A DNA stretch of 46,518 bases from Gammaproteobacteria bacterium (GTDB lineage: Bacteria; Pseudomonadota; Gammaproteobacteria; JAAEPA01): the NCBI GenBank assembly GCA_024222475.1, contig JAAEPA010000698.1, positions 1-46,518 on the forward strand. Direction: 5' to 3'. A program made the translations under genes and the position numbers. Each line of letters begins with the position of its first letter. Position 1 is the stretch's first letter. Below the pieces are notes generated by a model. That model did no database searches, was not told the DNA's origin, and was given only the letters and a program-made list of their open reading frames with translations. Positions 16,635-25,010 of the stretch are shown piece after piece.

Positions 16635-17921
16635 GTGACCCATATCACTCGCAGAGATTTCGTCAAATACTTAGCAGGCACCGCCGGTCTAGGCTCGGCT
16701 GCTTACTCACCGCTTAGCCACGCCGTTAAATACCAAGCTCGCGTGATTATCATCGGCGGCGGTTACGGGGGGGCAACGGTAGCCAAGTACATGCGCTTGG
16801 CCAATCCCCATGTCGAAGTCATACTCATTGAAAAAAAGCAACAGTATACTTCCTGCGCCCTAAGCAATGAGATTTTGACCCGGGAACGCACCATGGATAG
16901 CCTGACCTTCAACTACGATGGTCTTAAAAATTTCTATGGTGTGCGAGTGATGCATGACGAGGCCACCGAGATCGAACCCGTTAAGAAACAGGTGGTGACC
17001 CGTGGGGGTCAAACCCTGGATTACGATCGGCTGGTCGTCTCCCCAGGTGTAGCATTTCGCTGGGATGCCATCGAGGGTTATAACAAAGCGGCGAGCAAAG
17101 TCATGCCCCACGCCTGGTTTGCAGGTGAACAAACCCTGCTACTGCGGCGCCAACTAGAAGCGATGGATGATGGTGGACGAGTAATTATCGTTGCCCCACC
17201 CAACCCTTACAAATGCCCCCCGGGTCCCTACGAACGTGCCGGACTCATTGCCCATCATTTAAAACATCACAAAAAGGATAAATCCAAGATTCAGATATTT
17301 GATGCCAAGGATAAATTCGCCAAAAAAGCCCTGTTCGAACAGGCCTGGGAGCAGCATTATCCTGGCATGATCCAATGGATCTCCGCCTCCAATGATGGCA
17401 AGGTGCAGGCCGTTGATACAAAAAAACTCGCTGTGATCACTGAATTCGACGAACATAAGGGAGCTGTGATCAATGTCATCCCTCCGCAGAAAGCGGGCCT
17501 TATTGCCGAGCAGGCCGGGTTGGCGGATGAATCCGGCTGGTGTCCGGTAAATCAGCGTACCTTTGAGTCAAGGATCCATCAGGACATCCATGTCATCGGT
17601 GATGCCTGTATCGCCGGGCCCATGCCGAAATCAGCCTATTCGGCCAATACCCAGGCCAAGGTCTGCGCCGCGGCCATCGATGCCCTGATCAGCGGCAGCC
17701 CGACACCGGAACCTTCCTATGTCAACACCTGCTACAGCATCCCCGCCCCCGGCCACGGGATCTCTGTCGCCGGCGTCTACCGGCTTGAAGGTGAGAAGAT
17801 CGTTGCGGTGAAGGGCGCGGGAGGCGTGTCACCCTTGGACGCCTCGGAGTGGGAACGTAAAATAGAGGCGGCCTATGCCCGCAGCTGGTTTAAGAACATC
17901 ACCTCGGATATCTTTTTATAA
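16635..17921 (+). CDS. fccB: flavocytochrome c sulfide dehydrogenase, FAD-binding subunit
   Basis: Tat signal ITRRDFVKYL and a GGGYGGAT dinucleotide fold. Conserved motifs: YTSC (FAD-linking Cys position), YKCPPGPYERA, GWCPV, HVIGDACIAGPMPKSAYSANTQ and NTCYS. It is colinear by eye with Allochromatium FccB. Confidence 0.92.
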   Translation: MTHITRRDFVKYLAGTAGLGSAAYSPLSHAVKYQARVIIIGGGYGGATVAKYMRLANPHVEVILIEKKQQYTSCALSNEILTRERTMDSLTFNYDGLKNFYGVRVMHDEATEIEPVKKQVVTRGGQTLDYDRLVVSPGVAFRWDAIEGYNKAASKVMPHAWFAGEQTLLLRRQLEAMDDGGRVIIVAPPNPYKCPPGPYERAGLIAHHLKHHKKDKSKIQIFDAKDKFAKKALFEQAWEQHYPGMIQWISASNDGKVQAVDTKKLAVITEFDEHKGAVINVIPPQKAGLIAEQAGLADESGWCPVNQRTFESRIHQDIHVIGDACIAGPMPKSAYSANTQAKVCAAAIDALISGSPTPEPSYVNTCYSIPAPGHGISVAGVYRLEGEKIVAVKGAGGVSPLDASEWERKIEAAYARSWFKNITSDIFL

Positions 17922-18122
17922 TTTGGTTTATTACCCCTATTTGAAACAAACCAAACCTAAGGCCATAGGAATTCACAAAACGCGTTACAATACCCAAATT
18001 CATACAAAATAGACTTGAGTCATTGCCGTTTATTACTACGATATCTATCTAAAATGGGGCAGGGGCGATAGTCGGTCACTATCTGTTATAGTGTATCTAA
18101 GAATATTTGGGGACATCTCAAT

Positions 18123-19097
18123 ATGAATCAAATTAATAAAATCCTTCTGTGCACCCATCCAGATGTTTTAAATCTGGACATCGTCGATCATGCCGCCGAG
18201 ATTGCAATCAATAGTCAGGCCGAAATCAAAGTCTTTCACGTCATTGGAGGATACCCCAAAGACCTAAAAGAATGGTGGAACGTGCGCGATCCCGATAATC
18301 TTCGAAGAACGATTCAAGAAGAAAGAGAGGCCTTCGTGGCGGGTGTCGTGGAACGCCTCAAGGAAAAAGGGGCACAGAAAGTCAGTTCAGAGATCCGTTG
18401 GGGTAAGGAATTCATAGAAACTACTCGTGAGGTCATGCGCAGCGGACACGATCTGGTCATGTTGACCGCGCGTGACATGAACGAGCTGAAAAAACGGGTC
18501 TTCGAATGCCCGTCACATGAGCTGTTCCTTACCTGCCCCTGTACCCTCTGGATCGCCAAGCAGGGGAGCGTCACTAAGCGCACTAAGCGGATTCTCGCTT
18601 CATTCCCCGGTGAGGGCAATCGCCTTGATCTGGTATGTGACGGCCTCAGCGCTAAAATCCTGGAGAACGCCGCCGCTGTTGCGAAATTGGAATCCAGTGA
18701 ACTGCATATCGTTCATGCCCTACCGAAATACGGCGCCAAAGGCATCAAAAAAGGTAGCAAGGTGCGCCCCGATCTCACCGAGTTCGTGGACGGCATGAGG
18801 ACCAAGCTCAAAGAAAGCTGCAGCCCGTTGCTCAACGACTATGGTCTCACCCTGAAACAAGATCAGTTCCACCTGTTGATCGGCAACCCGGCCAAGGTCA
18901 TTCCGAAATTCGTCGAAGAACTGGGTGTGGACCTGGTCGTTATGGGTACGGTGGCACGCTCAGGACTGCAAGGTATGGTCTACGGCAATACCGCCGAAAA
19001 GGTGCTGAAGGAGATCAGCTGCTCGATCATGGCGATCAAACCGGATGATTTTGTCTCACCTGTCAAACCAAAAGATAGCGACACAGGGGAAAATTGA
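18123..19097 (+). CDS. tandem-domain universal stress protein (UspE-like), paralogue 1
   Basis: 324-aa ORF with two USP-like halves. The C-terminal segment is typical (DLVVMGTVARSGLQGMVYGNTAEKVLKEISCSIMAIKP). It aligns along its whole length with the ORF at 21091-22062. Confidence 0.85.
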   Translation: MNQINKILLCTHPDVLNLDIVDHAAEIAINSQAEIKVFHVIGGYPKDLKEWWNVRDPDNLRRTIQEEREAFVAGVVERLKEKGAQKVSSEIRWGKEFIETTREVMRSGHDLVMLTARDMNELKKRVFECPSHELFLTCPCTLWIAKQGSVTKRTKRILASFPGEGNRLDLVCDGLSAKILENAAAVAKLESSELHIVHALPKYGAKGIKKGSKVRPDLTEFVDGMRTKLKESCSPLLNDYGLTLKQDQFHLLIGNPAKVIPKFVEELGVDLVVMGTVARSGLQGMVYGNTAEKVLKEISCSIMAIKPDDFVSPVKPKDSDTGEN

Positions 19098-19117
19098 ATC
19101 TAACGGCGGCCTCCTAA

Positions 19118-19206
19118 GAGGCTGCCCGAGAATGAGCCAACCTACCGCATACAAGTCTGGCTGGCTGGAGTTTCCCTCGCTACGGTCGCCATTCTCGGAC
19201 GGTCTG
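19118..19206. mobile_element. C-family MITE-like element, copy C2 (89 bp, internally shortened)
   Basis: Terminal inverted repeats gaggctgcccgagaatg and cattctcggacggtctg. Flanked by CTAA (19114-19117) and CTAG (19207-19210). It shares ccctcgctacggtcgccattctcg with C1. Confidence 0.7.
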
Positions 19207-20955
19207 CTAGGACCTGTCATCCAGTCGCCGTAACTGTCCCATGACATTTTCCCGGGCACGGCAATCCGGACACTGCTTTAGCCTTTCCAACCCCCCACCC
19301 TGAAAATGTGGATTGTCCTTGAGACGTTCGGTCATCAGTTCAACGATCGCCTTGGTAGTGAAGGGGCTGCCGCAGCTGGTACAGTGAAAGGGAGGAGACT
19401 CGACCAGGATACGCGGCTTCTCGCGTGCGATTAAGTCAAACAACAGCCGTGGAATTCGCTCAATGGCTTGTTCCGGACAGGCGGCGGCACAGAGACCACA
19501 CTGCAGACATAAGGCATGCACAAAGCCGAGTTTTGGCTGGGTAACATCTCCGGCACTGCGCACAGCCGTGGTGGGACATACCTTGACGCAGCCCATGCAT
19601 AAGGTGCATTTTTGCTGATCGATGTCTAACTCGCCAAAGGGAGCGCCAGAGGCCAGTTCCACCTTGTCTTGGGTCTGAGAGGCGGCGCGGATAAGATGCA
19701 CGAGGGCCCTTTCGATAGTATTGCGTTTGTTGTTTGAGGCGTTGAAATCCGCCACGCCCAATGATGGATAGCGTGTGATGTCTGAAAACGCATGTTCCAG
19801 TGTAAATTCTTCCCTTCCTTCTATCAGACGCAAGCGCTGCGCATCGTAGCCCATACCAACCAGCATACGCCGCGCATGATCCAATTGCCGGCACAGTTGC
19901 TCCACGGTGTGCTGAACATGGGTCTTCCCGGTCATCAATATAACACTACCGGCCCCCCAGGCCAGGGCCGCGAACCAGGTTTCGATACCTGCGGTGCCAA
20001 GTTCCTGCAGCCTGACGGGGATTATCCAAGCAGCCAACGCCCCTCTTATCACATTCAGCCTCTCATCGTCCAGGTGGTGATCATAAAGCAAAAGACAGGG
20101 ATCATGGACGTCCTCAGAGATATCTTTTAACACGACTCGTAGTCGTTGCAGTGGTGTTGGAGGTAATTCGGGGTTCGGGGATAAGGCGCCACTGGGGCAA
20201 GTCAGCATACAGGTTCCACACCCCTGACAAAGGTAGGGATCGACGACTATTCGATCATTATCAGAGGAAATAGCCCCGGCGGGGCAGACGTCGAGACAGG
20301 CGCGGCATCCCTTGATACCGTAGCGCTGATGGGCACATAGAGAGGTTTGGTATTTAAAAAATTTAGGTTTTTTAAAAACACCTACCAACGCCGACAACCC
20401 AACCATGGCGCGCTGTAATGCATTGCGGTCACTACCAGGCGCATAATAACCCAAAGGAGTCACCTGAAGAGGCAGATAGGGTTGCTCTGCAAGATCTAAT
20501 ATTATATCGAATCGCTCTCTGTGCTCCGAACACAACAATGCCGGATTCAAAGGGCCCTCTTTACCCTCAATCCGAACCTCGAATTGGCCAAGAAAACCCG
20601 CGAGGCTTAACAGCTTTCCCTGAAGACAAACGATACCCTCTGGAGGTGGTAATGTTAAAGACAGATTCGTGATCAATACGACCACATCCATCTTTTGCTT
20701 ATTGAGCACACGTCCTAATTCAACGGTACGCCGGTCTTGACCGACAACCAACACGCAGCCCCGAGACTCATAAGTCACCAAGGCGTCGGCAACAAGCTGA
20801 TCTTCGGGCAGTGGATAGCGTAAAACCGCAGGGATCGATGAATGGTTTTGGTTCTTCATGTTGCCAAGGATAACAGACAAAAGGCCCACGCCTATTGAGC
20901 AAACGGCCTGTTCCAGTCTTAGTTTATCTAACCCGGATGGGATAAAATATTCCAT
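19207..20955 (-). CDS. 582-aa polyferredoxin (two 2x[4Fe-4S] ferredoxin domains) with a C-terminal CxxC...CxxC ribbon
   Basis: Cluster motifs CRACLDVCP, CQGCGTCMLTCP, CTLCMGCVKVCP and CLQCGLCAAACP. The C-terminus has FHCTSCG...CPDCR. An alternative start is the ATG at 20859. Confidence 0.8.
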   Translation of the reverse strand: MEYFIPSGLDKLRLEQAVCSIGVGLLSVILGNMKNQNHSSIPAVLRYPLPEDQLVADALVTYESRGCVLVVGQDRRTVELGRVLNKQKMDVVVLITNLSLTLPPPEGIVCLQGKLLSLAGFLGQFEVRIEGKEGPLNPALLCSEHRERFDIILDLAEQPYLPLQVTPLGYYAPGSDRNALQRAMVGLSALVGVFKKPKFFKYQTSLCAHQRYGIKGCRACLDVCPAGAISSDNDRIVVDPYLCQGCGTCMLTCPSGALSPNPELPPTPLQRLRVVLKDISEDVHDPCLLLYDHHLDDERLNVIRGALAAWIIPVRLQELGTAGIETWFAALAWGAGSVILMTGKTHVQHTVEQLCRQLDHARRMLVGMGYDAQRLRLIEGREEFTLEHAFSDITRYPSLGVADFNASNNKRNTIERALVHLIRAASQTQDKVELASGAPFGELDIDQQKCTLCMGCVKVCPTTAVRSAGDVTQPKLGFVHALCLQCGLCAAACPEQAIERIPRLLFDLIAREKPRILVESPPFHCTSCGSPFTTKAIVELMTERLKDNPHFQGGGLERLKQCPDCRARENVMGQLRRLDDRS

Positions 20956-21090
20956 TGGAACCTAATCCTCTCTCAATGTACACCATCCCATTTCACCTCA
21001 CCAGAAAGACTCATACATTCACCTATAATTTTTACAGAGTTAGAATAATAGTTTATAATTATTTAATTATATTTTTATGGATAAGGATAA

Positions 21091-22062
21091 ATGAAACGCT
21101 TTAATAATATTCTGATTTGTGGGCACCCGGATCGGGTCGATCTGAAATTACTTGAGCACGCTGCCGAAATCGCCAAGGCCCACCAGGCGAGAATCAAAGT
21201 CGTTCATACCATCACGGATTACCCCAAGGACGTTAGAACCTGGTGGAACGTGCGCAACCCGGGGATGCTGCGTGACAAGATCATTCGTGAACGCGAAGAG
21301 TTTTTAGATGGGCTGGTGGAAAGCCTTGAAACACTCGGTGTGGAGAGGATTTCGAAAGATCTGTTATGGGGTGAGCCCGCCGTGGAAATCACCAAGCAAG
21401 TGCTCCATGATCAGCACGACTTGGTCATGCTGGTCTCCAAACACCGGGGCAAGGCCAGCCACAGTATCCACGGCTACCCTTCCATGGACCTGCTTCGGCA
21501 ATGCCCCAGCCCCATCTGGATCACTAAGAAAAAGGTCAAACCGCGTAAGCACCGTGTCGTCGCCTGTTTGGGCGGCAGTGGCGGGGAGGTCAAGATCGCA
21601 GATACCAATGCCAAGATTCTGGACCATGCGGCAACTGTGGCCAGAGCCCAAGGCAGTGAGATACAGATCATCCACGTCATGCCCCATTACGGCGACCAAA
21701 AAAAGGTTGAGAAACATCAACTCAACCACGACCTAACCGCCTATCTGGACAATGTCCGTGCAGAGATCAAGATCCGCGCCAATGAATTTCTTGCCGAATA
21801 CGACAGCTCGATCGATGATGCCCAGGTACATATCTTGATAGGCACACCAACGACCGTGATTCCTGAGTTCATTGAATTAAAAGGCGCCGATCTAGTCGTC
21901 ATGGCCACTGCGGCTCGCTCCGGCCTACCTGGCATGATCGTCGGTAATGCCGCGGAAAAGGTACTAAAAAGGATCAGCTGCCCCTTGCTGGTGGTAAAAT
22001 CAGATAGCTTCAATGCCCAATTTAATACTAAGGAAGCAGAGGAGAATTCGTCAACGGCATGA
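21091..22062 (+). CDS. tandem-domain universal stress protein (UspE-like), paralogue 2
   Basis: 323-aa ORF colinear with 18123-19097 (for example YPKD..WWNVR.P..LR and DLVVMATAARSGLPGMIVGNAAEKVLKRISCPLLVVK). Confidence 0.85.
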   Translation: MKRFNNILICGHPDRVDLKLLEHAAEIAKAHQARIKVVHTITDYPKDVRTWWNVRNPGMLRDKIIREREEFLDGLVESLETLGVERISKDLLWGEPAVEITKQVLHDQHDLVMLVSKHRGKASHSIHGYPSMDLLRQCPSPIWITKKKVKPRKHRVVACLGGSGGEVKIADTNAKILDHAATVARAQGSEIQIIHVMPHYGDQKKVEKHQLNHDLTAYLDNVRAEIKIRANEFLAEYDSSIDDAQVHILIGTPTTVIPEFIELKGADLVVMATAARSGLPGMIVGNAAEKVLKRISCPLLVVKSDSFNAQFNTKEAEENSSTA

Positions 22063-22131
22063 GATCTGCTGCCTTGACTCGTTATGACAGAAAACGTTCT
22101 CCAGGTTACAACCTTCAAGATGAAGGCTGTT

Positions 22132-22236
22132 TCATACGTGCCGAATCCTCAACATACCGAATATCGCACCCACAATCAGCAGGCCAATCAAAAGCACACT
22201 CAACACCAGCGGCGGCAAAAGAACTACAAATTTCAC
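22132..22236 (-). CDS. possible 34-aa hydrophobic peptide (MKFVVLLPPLVLSVLLIGLLIVGAIFGMLRIRHV)
   Basis: Hand translation gives a GTG start preceded by GGGAGAA about 7 nt upstream, one predicted transmembrane helix and a basic tail. The ORF is below the size cut-off of the ORF track. No homology is claimed. Confidence 0.25.
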   Translation of the reverse strand: MKFVVLLPPLVLSVLLIGLLIVGAIFGMLRIRHV

Positions 22237-22410
22237 TTTTTTCTCCCGTAGACAACACGAAATCCCACTAACGAATAAAATAACCTCCATGTTCAGTGTT
22301 CAATATGGCTATCTTGTTCATAGTCATCTATTCGTATAAATACCTACGCATTCATACCTATTGTGGTTTGCCGCCTTTGTCATAGGAATTTTGCGAGCCT
22401 GGAAGCTTAA

Positions 22411-22493
22411 GAATGTGAATTAAATAACTTCCCTAACTGGCTTGTTTTATCGCTCGAGTTCAGTATCAGTTAAGGAAGTGTGTCGTCGCATTC
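22411..22493. mobile_element. B-family element, copy B2 (83 bp internal-deletion derivative)
   Basis: Left end gaatgtgaattaaataacttccctaactgg matches the B1 left end. The right end gtcgcattc matches the B1 right end. Flanked by TTAA (22407-22410) and CTAA (22494-22497). Confidence 0.7.
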
Positions 22494-24089
22494 CTAAGGA
22501 ATCACCAACGGTAACCCGGGAACCAAATGATCTGGATCTTTCAAGATATGTGAATTGGCCTGGAAGATCTCTGGCCAGAATTTCGAGGATCCATACATCA
22601 GATAGGAAACCCTGGAAAGGGAGTCATCGGCCTGGACAGTGTAGATACCCTTACCCGAGAACAAGCGCACCAGCACCATCTGTTCCGCCAGCAGGGCATT
22701 GCGACCATCTTCCAGCTGCAGGTTTCCCTCTCCTCCCTGCCCTACATCACCACCTTGAGTACGATATATCTCCCGATAGGACTCGCTCAACTCCGAGGCC
22801 TGTTGCTGAATGGAATCAATGGTGGCCGCTCCCCCTTCCTGCGGTGTTAAACGGGCCTGAGTTTCCTCTAACCGCTCTTGGATACGCTGCTTTTCCTCCA
22901 TTGCCTGTTCCAGGACCAGCGAGGTGGATGACTCTCGCTCAGTGATATTGACCAGTTCCTGCCGAGTTTTAGTCAATTGATGTTCAAGCCCACTGAATTC
23001 CACCCGTGATTCGTCAAGCTTCTGAGTCGTGTTTTGCAGCCTTGCCTGCAGTTCTGCGGTACGTTGCTGCTTCTCGTTTTCTAATCTCTCAACTTTGACT
23101 TCAGAATCAGCCAGTGCCCCCTGGAACCGTTGTTTCTCTAAATCCAGCGCTGCCATGGACGAAGTCAACTCACCAATTTTTTGTTCCTTCTGAGCCACGT
23201 TCTGCTTCGCGTCCTGAAATTCGGCAAGGAGTGCTTGACTTTCCAGCTGCGTCTGAGTGAGCTTGGCATTCGTTTGCGTGTTCTCTTCAGTCAGGCGGAC
23301 ATTATCCTCCTCTTTCTTGGCACGCGTTTGATCGAGTAATAGCGTTAACTCCTCGTTAACGGATTGCAATTCCTCAGATTTGGTATGCTGCGCATTCAAC
23401 GCCTCGGAGAGACGAGCAATTTCTGCATCCTTCTCGGTAACCGTTTGCTCTAACTTGGCATCGAGATCCTGCTTGAGCAACTGTATCGCCTTGATCTCAA
23501 TCTGCGCAGTATTCAACGATTCAGTCAAATGGTGAAGTTCCTGCTTCTTGTCAGCGAGGCCTTGCTGTATCTGCGCCTCCAGACCAATTCGCACCTTTTC
23601 TGCGTTTTCCCCCGACATGATCGCGGCGCCCAAAGCGGCATTCAACTGATTAATCTCAAGTTCCTTTTCAGTGTTGGATTGCAACAGTCGTGACTCCATG
23701 GATGAGATCAGCCGAGCATTGCGCTCAAGCACCGCAGTCAATGAATTGATCGGCGATTCATTGGTTTCCAAGATGGTGGGATGCTGTTGTTTCAGCTCGG
23801 ATAATTCCTCGTTAGGCGACTCCAGTGATGGCGCCGTCCCCATACCGTTCTCGGTTGCATTATCCAACGCTACCTCGGCCCCTTGCATCTGAACTTGATC
23901 CTCGGACCAAAGCTGCGAGGAAAGTGTCGTCAGAATCAAAAAAACCGAAAATATGACTAATTTTCTGCTATGTATTACCCACGAAATAACCGATTTAAGA
24001 CCCAAGCCTTTATTTATAGTCTTTTGCATACCCGCCTGCTCCTGCTGGGATAGAATTGAAGGGTGGTAAGATTGATATTGGATCACCAA
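22494..24089 (-). CDS. membrane-anchored coiled-coil protein with a C-terminal LysM peptidoglycan-binding domain
   Basis: 531-aa ORF with an N-terminal hydrophobic segment (LVIFSVFLILTTLS) and about 400 aa of Q/E/K/L-rich heptad-like sequence. The C-terminus is LysM-like (YTVQADDSLSRVSYLMYGSSKFWPEIFQAN). The start may be the internal ATG at 24029. Confidence 0.8.
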   Translation of the reverse strand: MVIQYQSYHPSILSQQEQAGMQKTINKGLGLKSVISWVIHSRKLVIFSVFLILTTLSSQLWSEDQVQMQGAEVALDNATENGMGTAPSLESPNEELSELKQQHPTILETNESPINSLTAVLERNARLISSMESRLLQSNTEKELEINQLNAALGAAIMSGENAEKVRIGLEAQIQQGLADKKQELHHLTESLNTAQIEIKAIQLLKQDLDAKLEQTVTEKDAEIARLSEALNAQHTKSEELQSVNEELTLLLDQTRAKKEEDNVRLTEENTQTNAKLTQTQLESQALLAEFQDAKQNVAQKEQKIGELTSSMAALDLEKQRFQGALADSEVKVERLENEKQQRTAELQARLQNTTQKLDESRVEFSGLEHQLTKTRQELVNITERESSTSLVLEQAMEEKQRIQERLEETQARLTPQEGGAATIDSIQQQASELSESYREIYRTQGGDVGQGGEGNLQLEDGRNALLAEQMVLVRLFSGKGIYTVQADDSLSRVSYLMYGSSKFWPEIFQANSHILKDPDHLVPGLPLVIP

Positions 24090-24162
24090 GGATGAATTGT
24101 ATACCGATCACATACAAACTAGCGAAACTTTTTCAACCCTCACCCACCTCCCGCGGACCGGG

Positions 24163-24546
24163 TTAATGAACGGGCCGGATGGGAGTCCTTCTTTTCCTGT
24201 ACCAACACTTAACCTTACTAAGCAAAGGACAGCGACTAGAGGTATTAAACTTAAATTTTTGATATTTGGGTTTGCGTTCTACTCGAGTCACTTGGATAAG
24301 CTGTGGATCTTTAGTATTTTTTATCCTGATATCTATTAGACGCCCATAGATTTCGAAATGAATCTTCGATGTTTTTTCAGAATATACCGTATGATCGGGC
24401 GGTAAAAGGTCGAACGTCATTAAAATATCGTCGACTGTAGCCTTTAAATTTTTCCCATCAATGAGATTACCCGCTATAGTCAACTCCTTGGTTTTCCCCA
24501 GCTTTGGGTAAAGACCCATGAAAAAAAGGATATGATTAACTAGCAT
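24163..24546 (-). CDS. hypothetical protein (127 aa, Lys-rich, AT-rich gene)
   Basis: The ATG at 24546 is preceded by a strong AGGAGG Shine-Dalgarno at a 7-nt spacing. I recognise no family. Confidence 0.5.
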   Translation of the reverse strand: MLVNHILFFMGLYPKLGKTKELTIAGNLIDGKNLKATVDDILMTFDLLPPDHTVYSEKTSKIHFEIYGRLIDIRIKNTKDPQLIQVTRVERKPKYQKFKFNTSSRCPLLSKVKCWYRKRRTPIRPVH

Positions 24547-24943
24547 GCGAGTCCTCCTTTTAATAATATCGGGATACTTGATCCTAGCGGCGCAACTAAG
24601 CTCGACCTAAGGGCAATATCGCGTAAAAAATGTTACCAATCTTCCATCAGTATATCATAATTTAATTATTCGCTTGCTACTAATATGTAACAAAGTGTGG
24701 CGCAATTACCACCCTTTTAAACACAAAGACAAAATTCGGATTTCGAACGACCATCTCAGAAAAAGCCCTAAGAAAGGTCGGCACCGATCAACTGTAGAAT
24801 CAGGCCAGCCACCTCAGATGAGAACTTGGAATGTGTAATCGAGAGATGCTACGGCTGTAGCAGAATGTGTATTGAAAAGCGTTCTAAAGAAGAATATTTC
24901 AGCTTGCAAAAAGTCGGCTGGTAAGTAGCCTTTTCCTATCAAT

Positions 24944-24995
24944 ACCCATGACGGATAAACCCTGCAGGCCCTAAAGCCCCCCATCCGCCATGGGT
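24944..24995 (-). terminator. 13-bp stem hairpin downstream of the sqr unit
   Basis: acccatgacggat (24944-24956) pairs with atccgccatgggt (24983-24995) at 12 of 13 positions. There is no U-tract, so terminator function is uncertain. Confidence 0.3.
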
Positions 24996-25010
24996 ATAAA
25001 CACTCCTATA

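Noticed and set aside
17941-17954. An FNR/Anr-like box TTGAAacaaACCAA upstream of the first usp gene
   Set aside because: Only 8 of 10 positions match TTGAT-N4-ATCAA. It lies about 170 nt from the usp start, right after the fccB stop, and overlaps a weak AT-rich hairpin. No similar site precedes the second usp gene.
22442-22945. A 167-aa plus-strand ORF overlapping the 3' part of the LysM gene
   Set aside because: It is antisense to a well-supported LysM domain ORF. It starts inside the B2 repeat and is Pro/Arg-rich, so it is a shadow frame.
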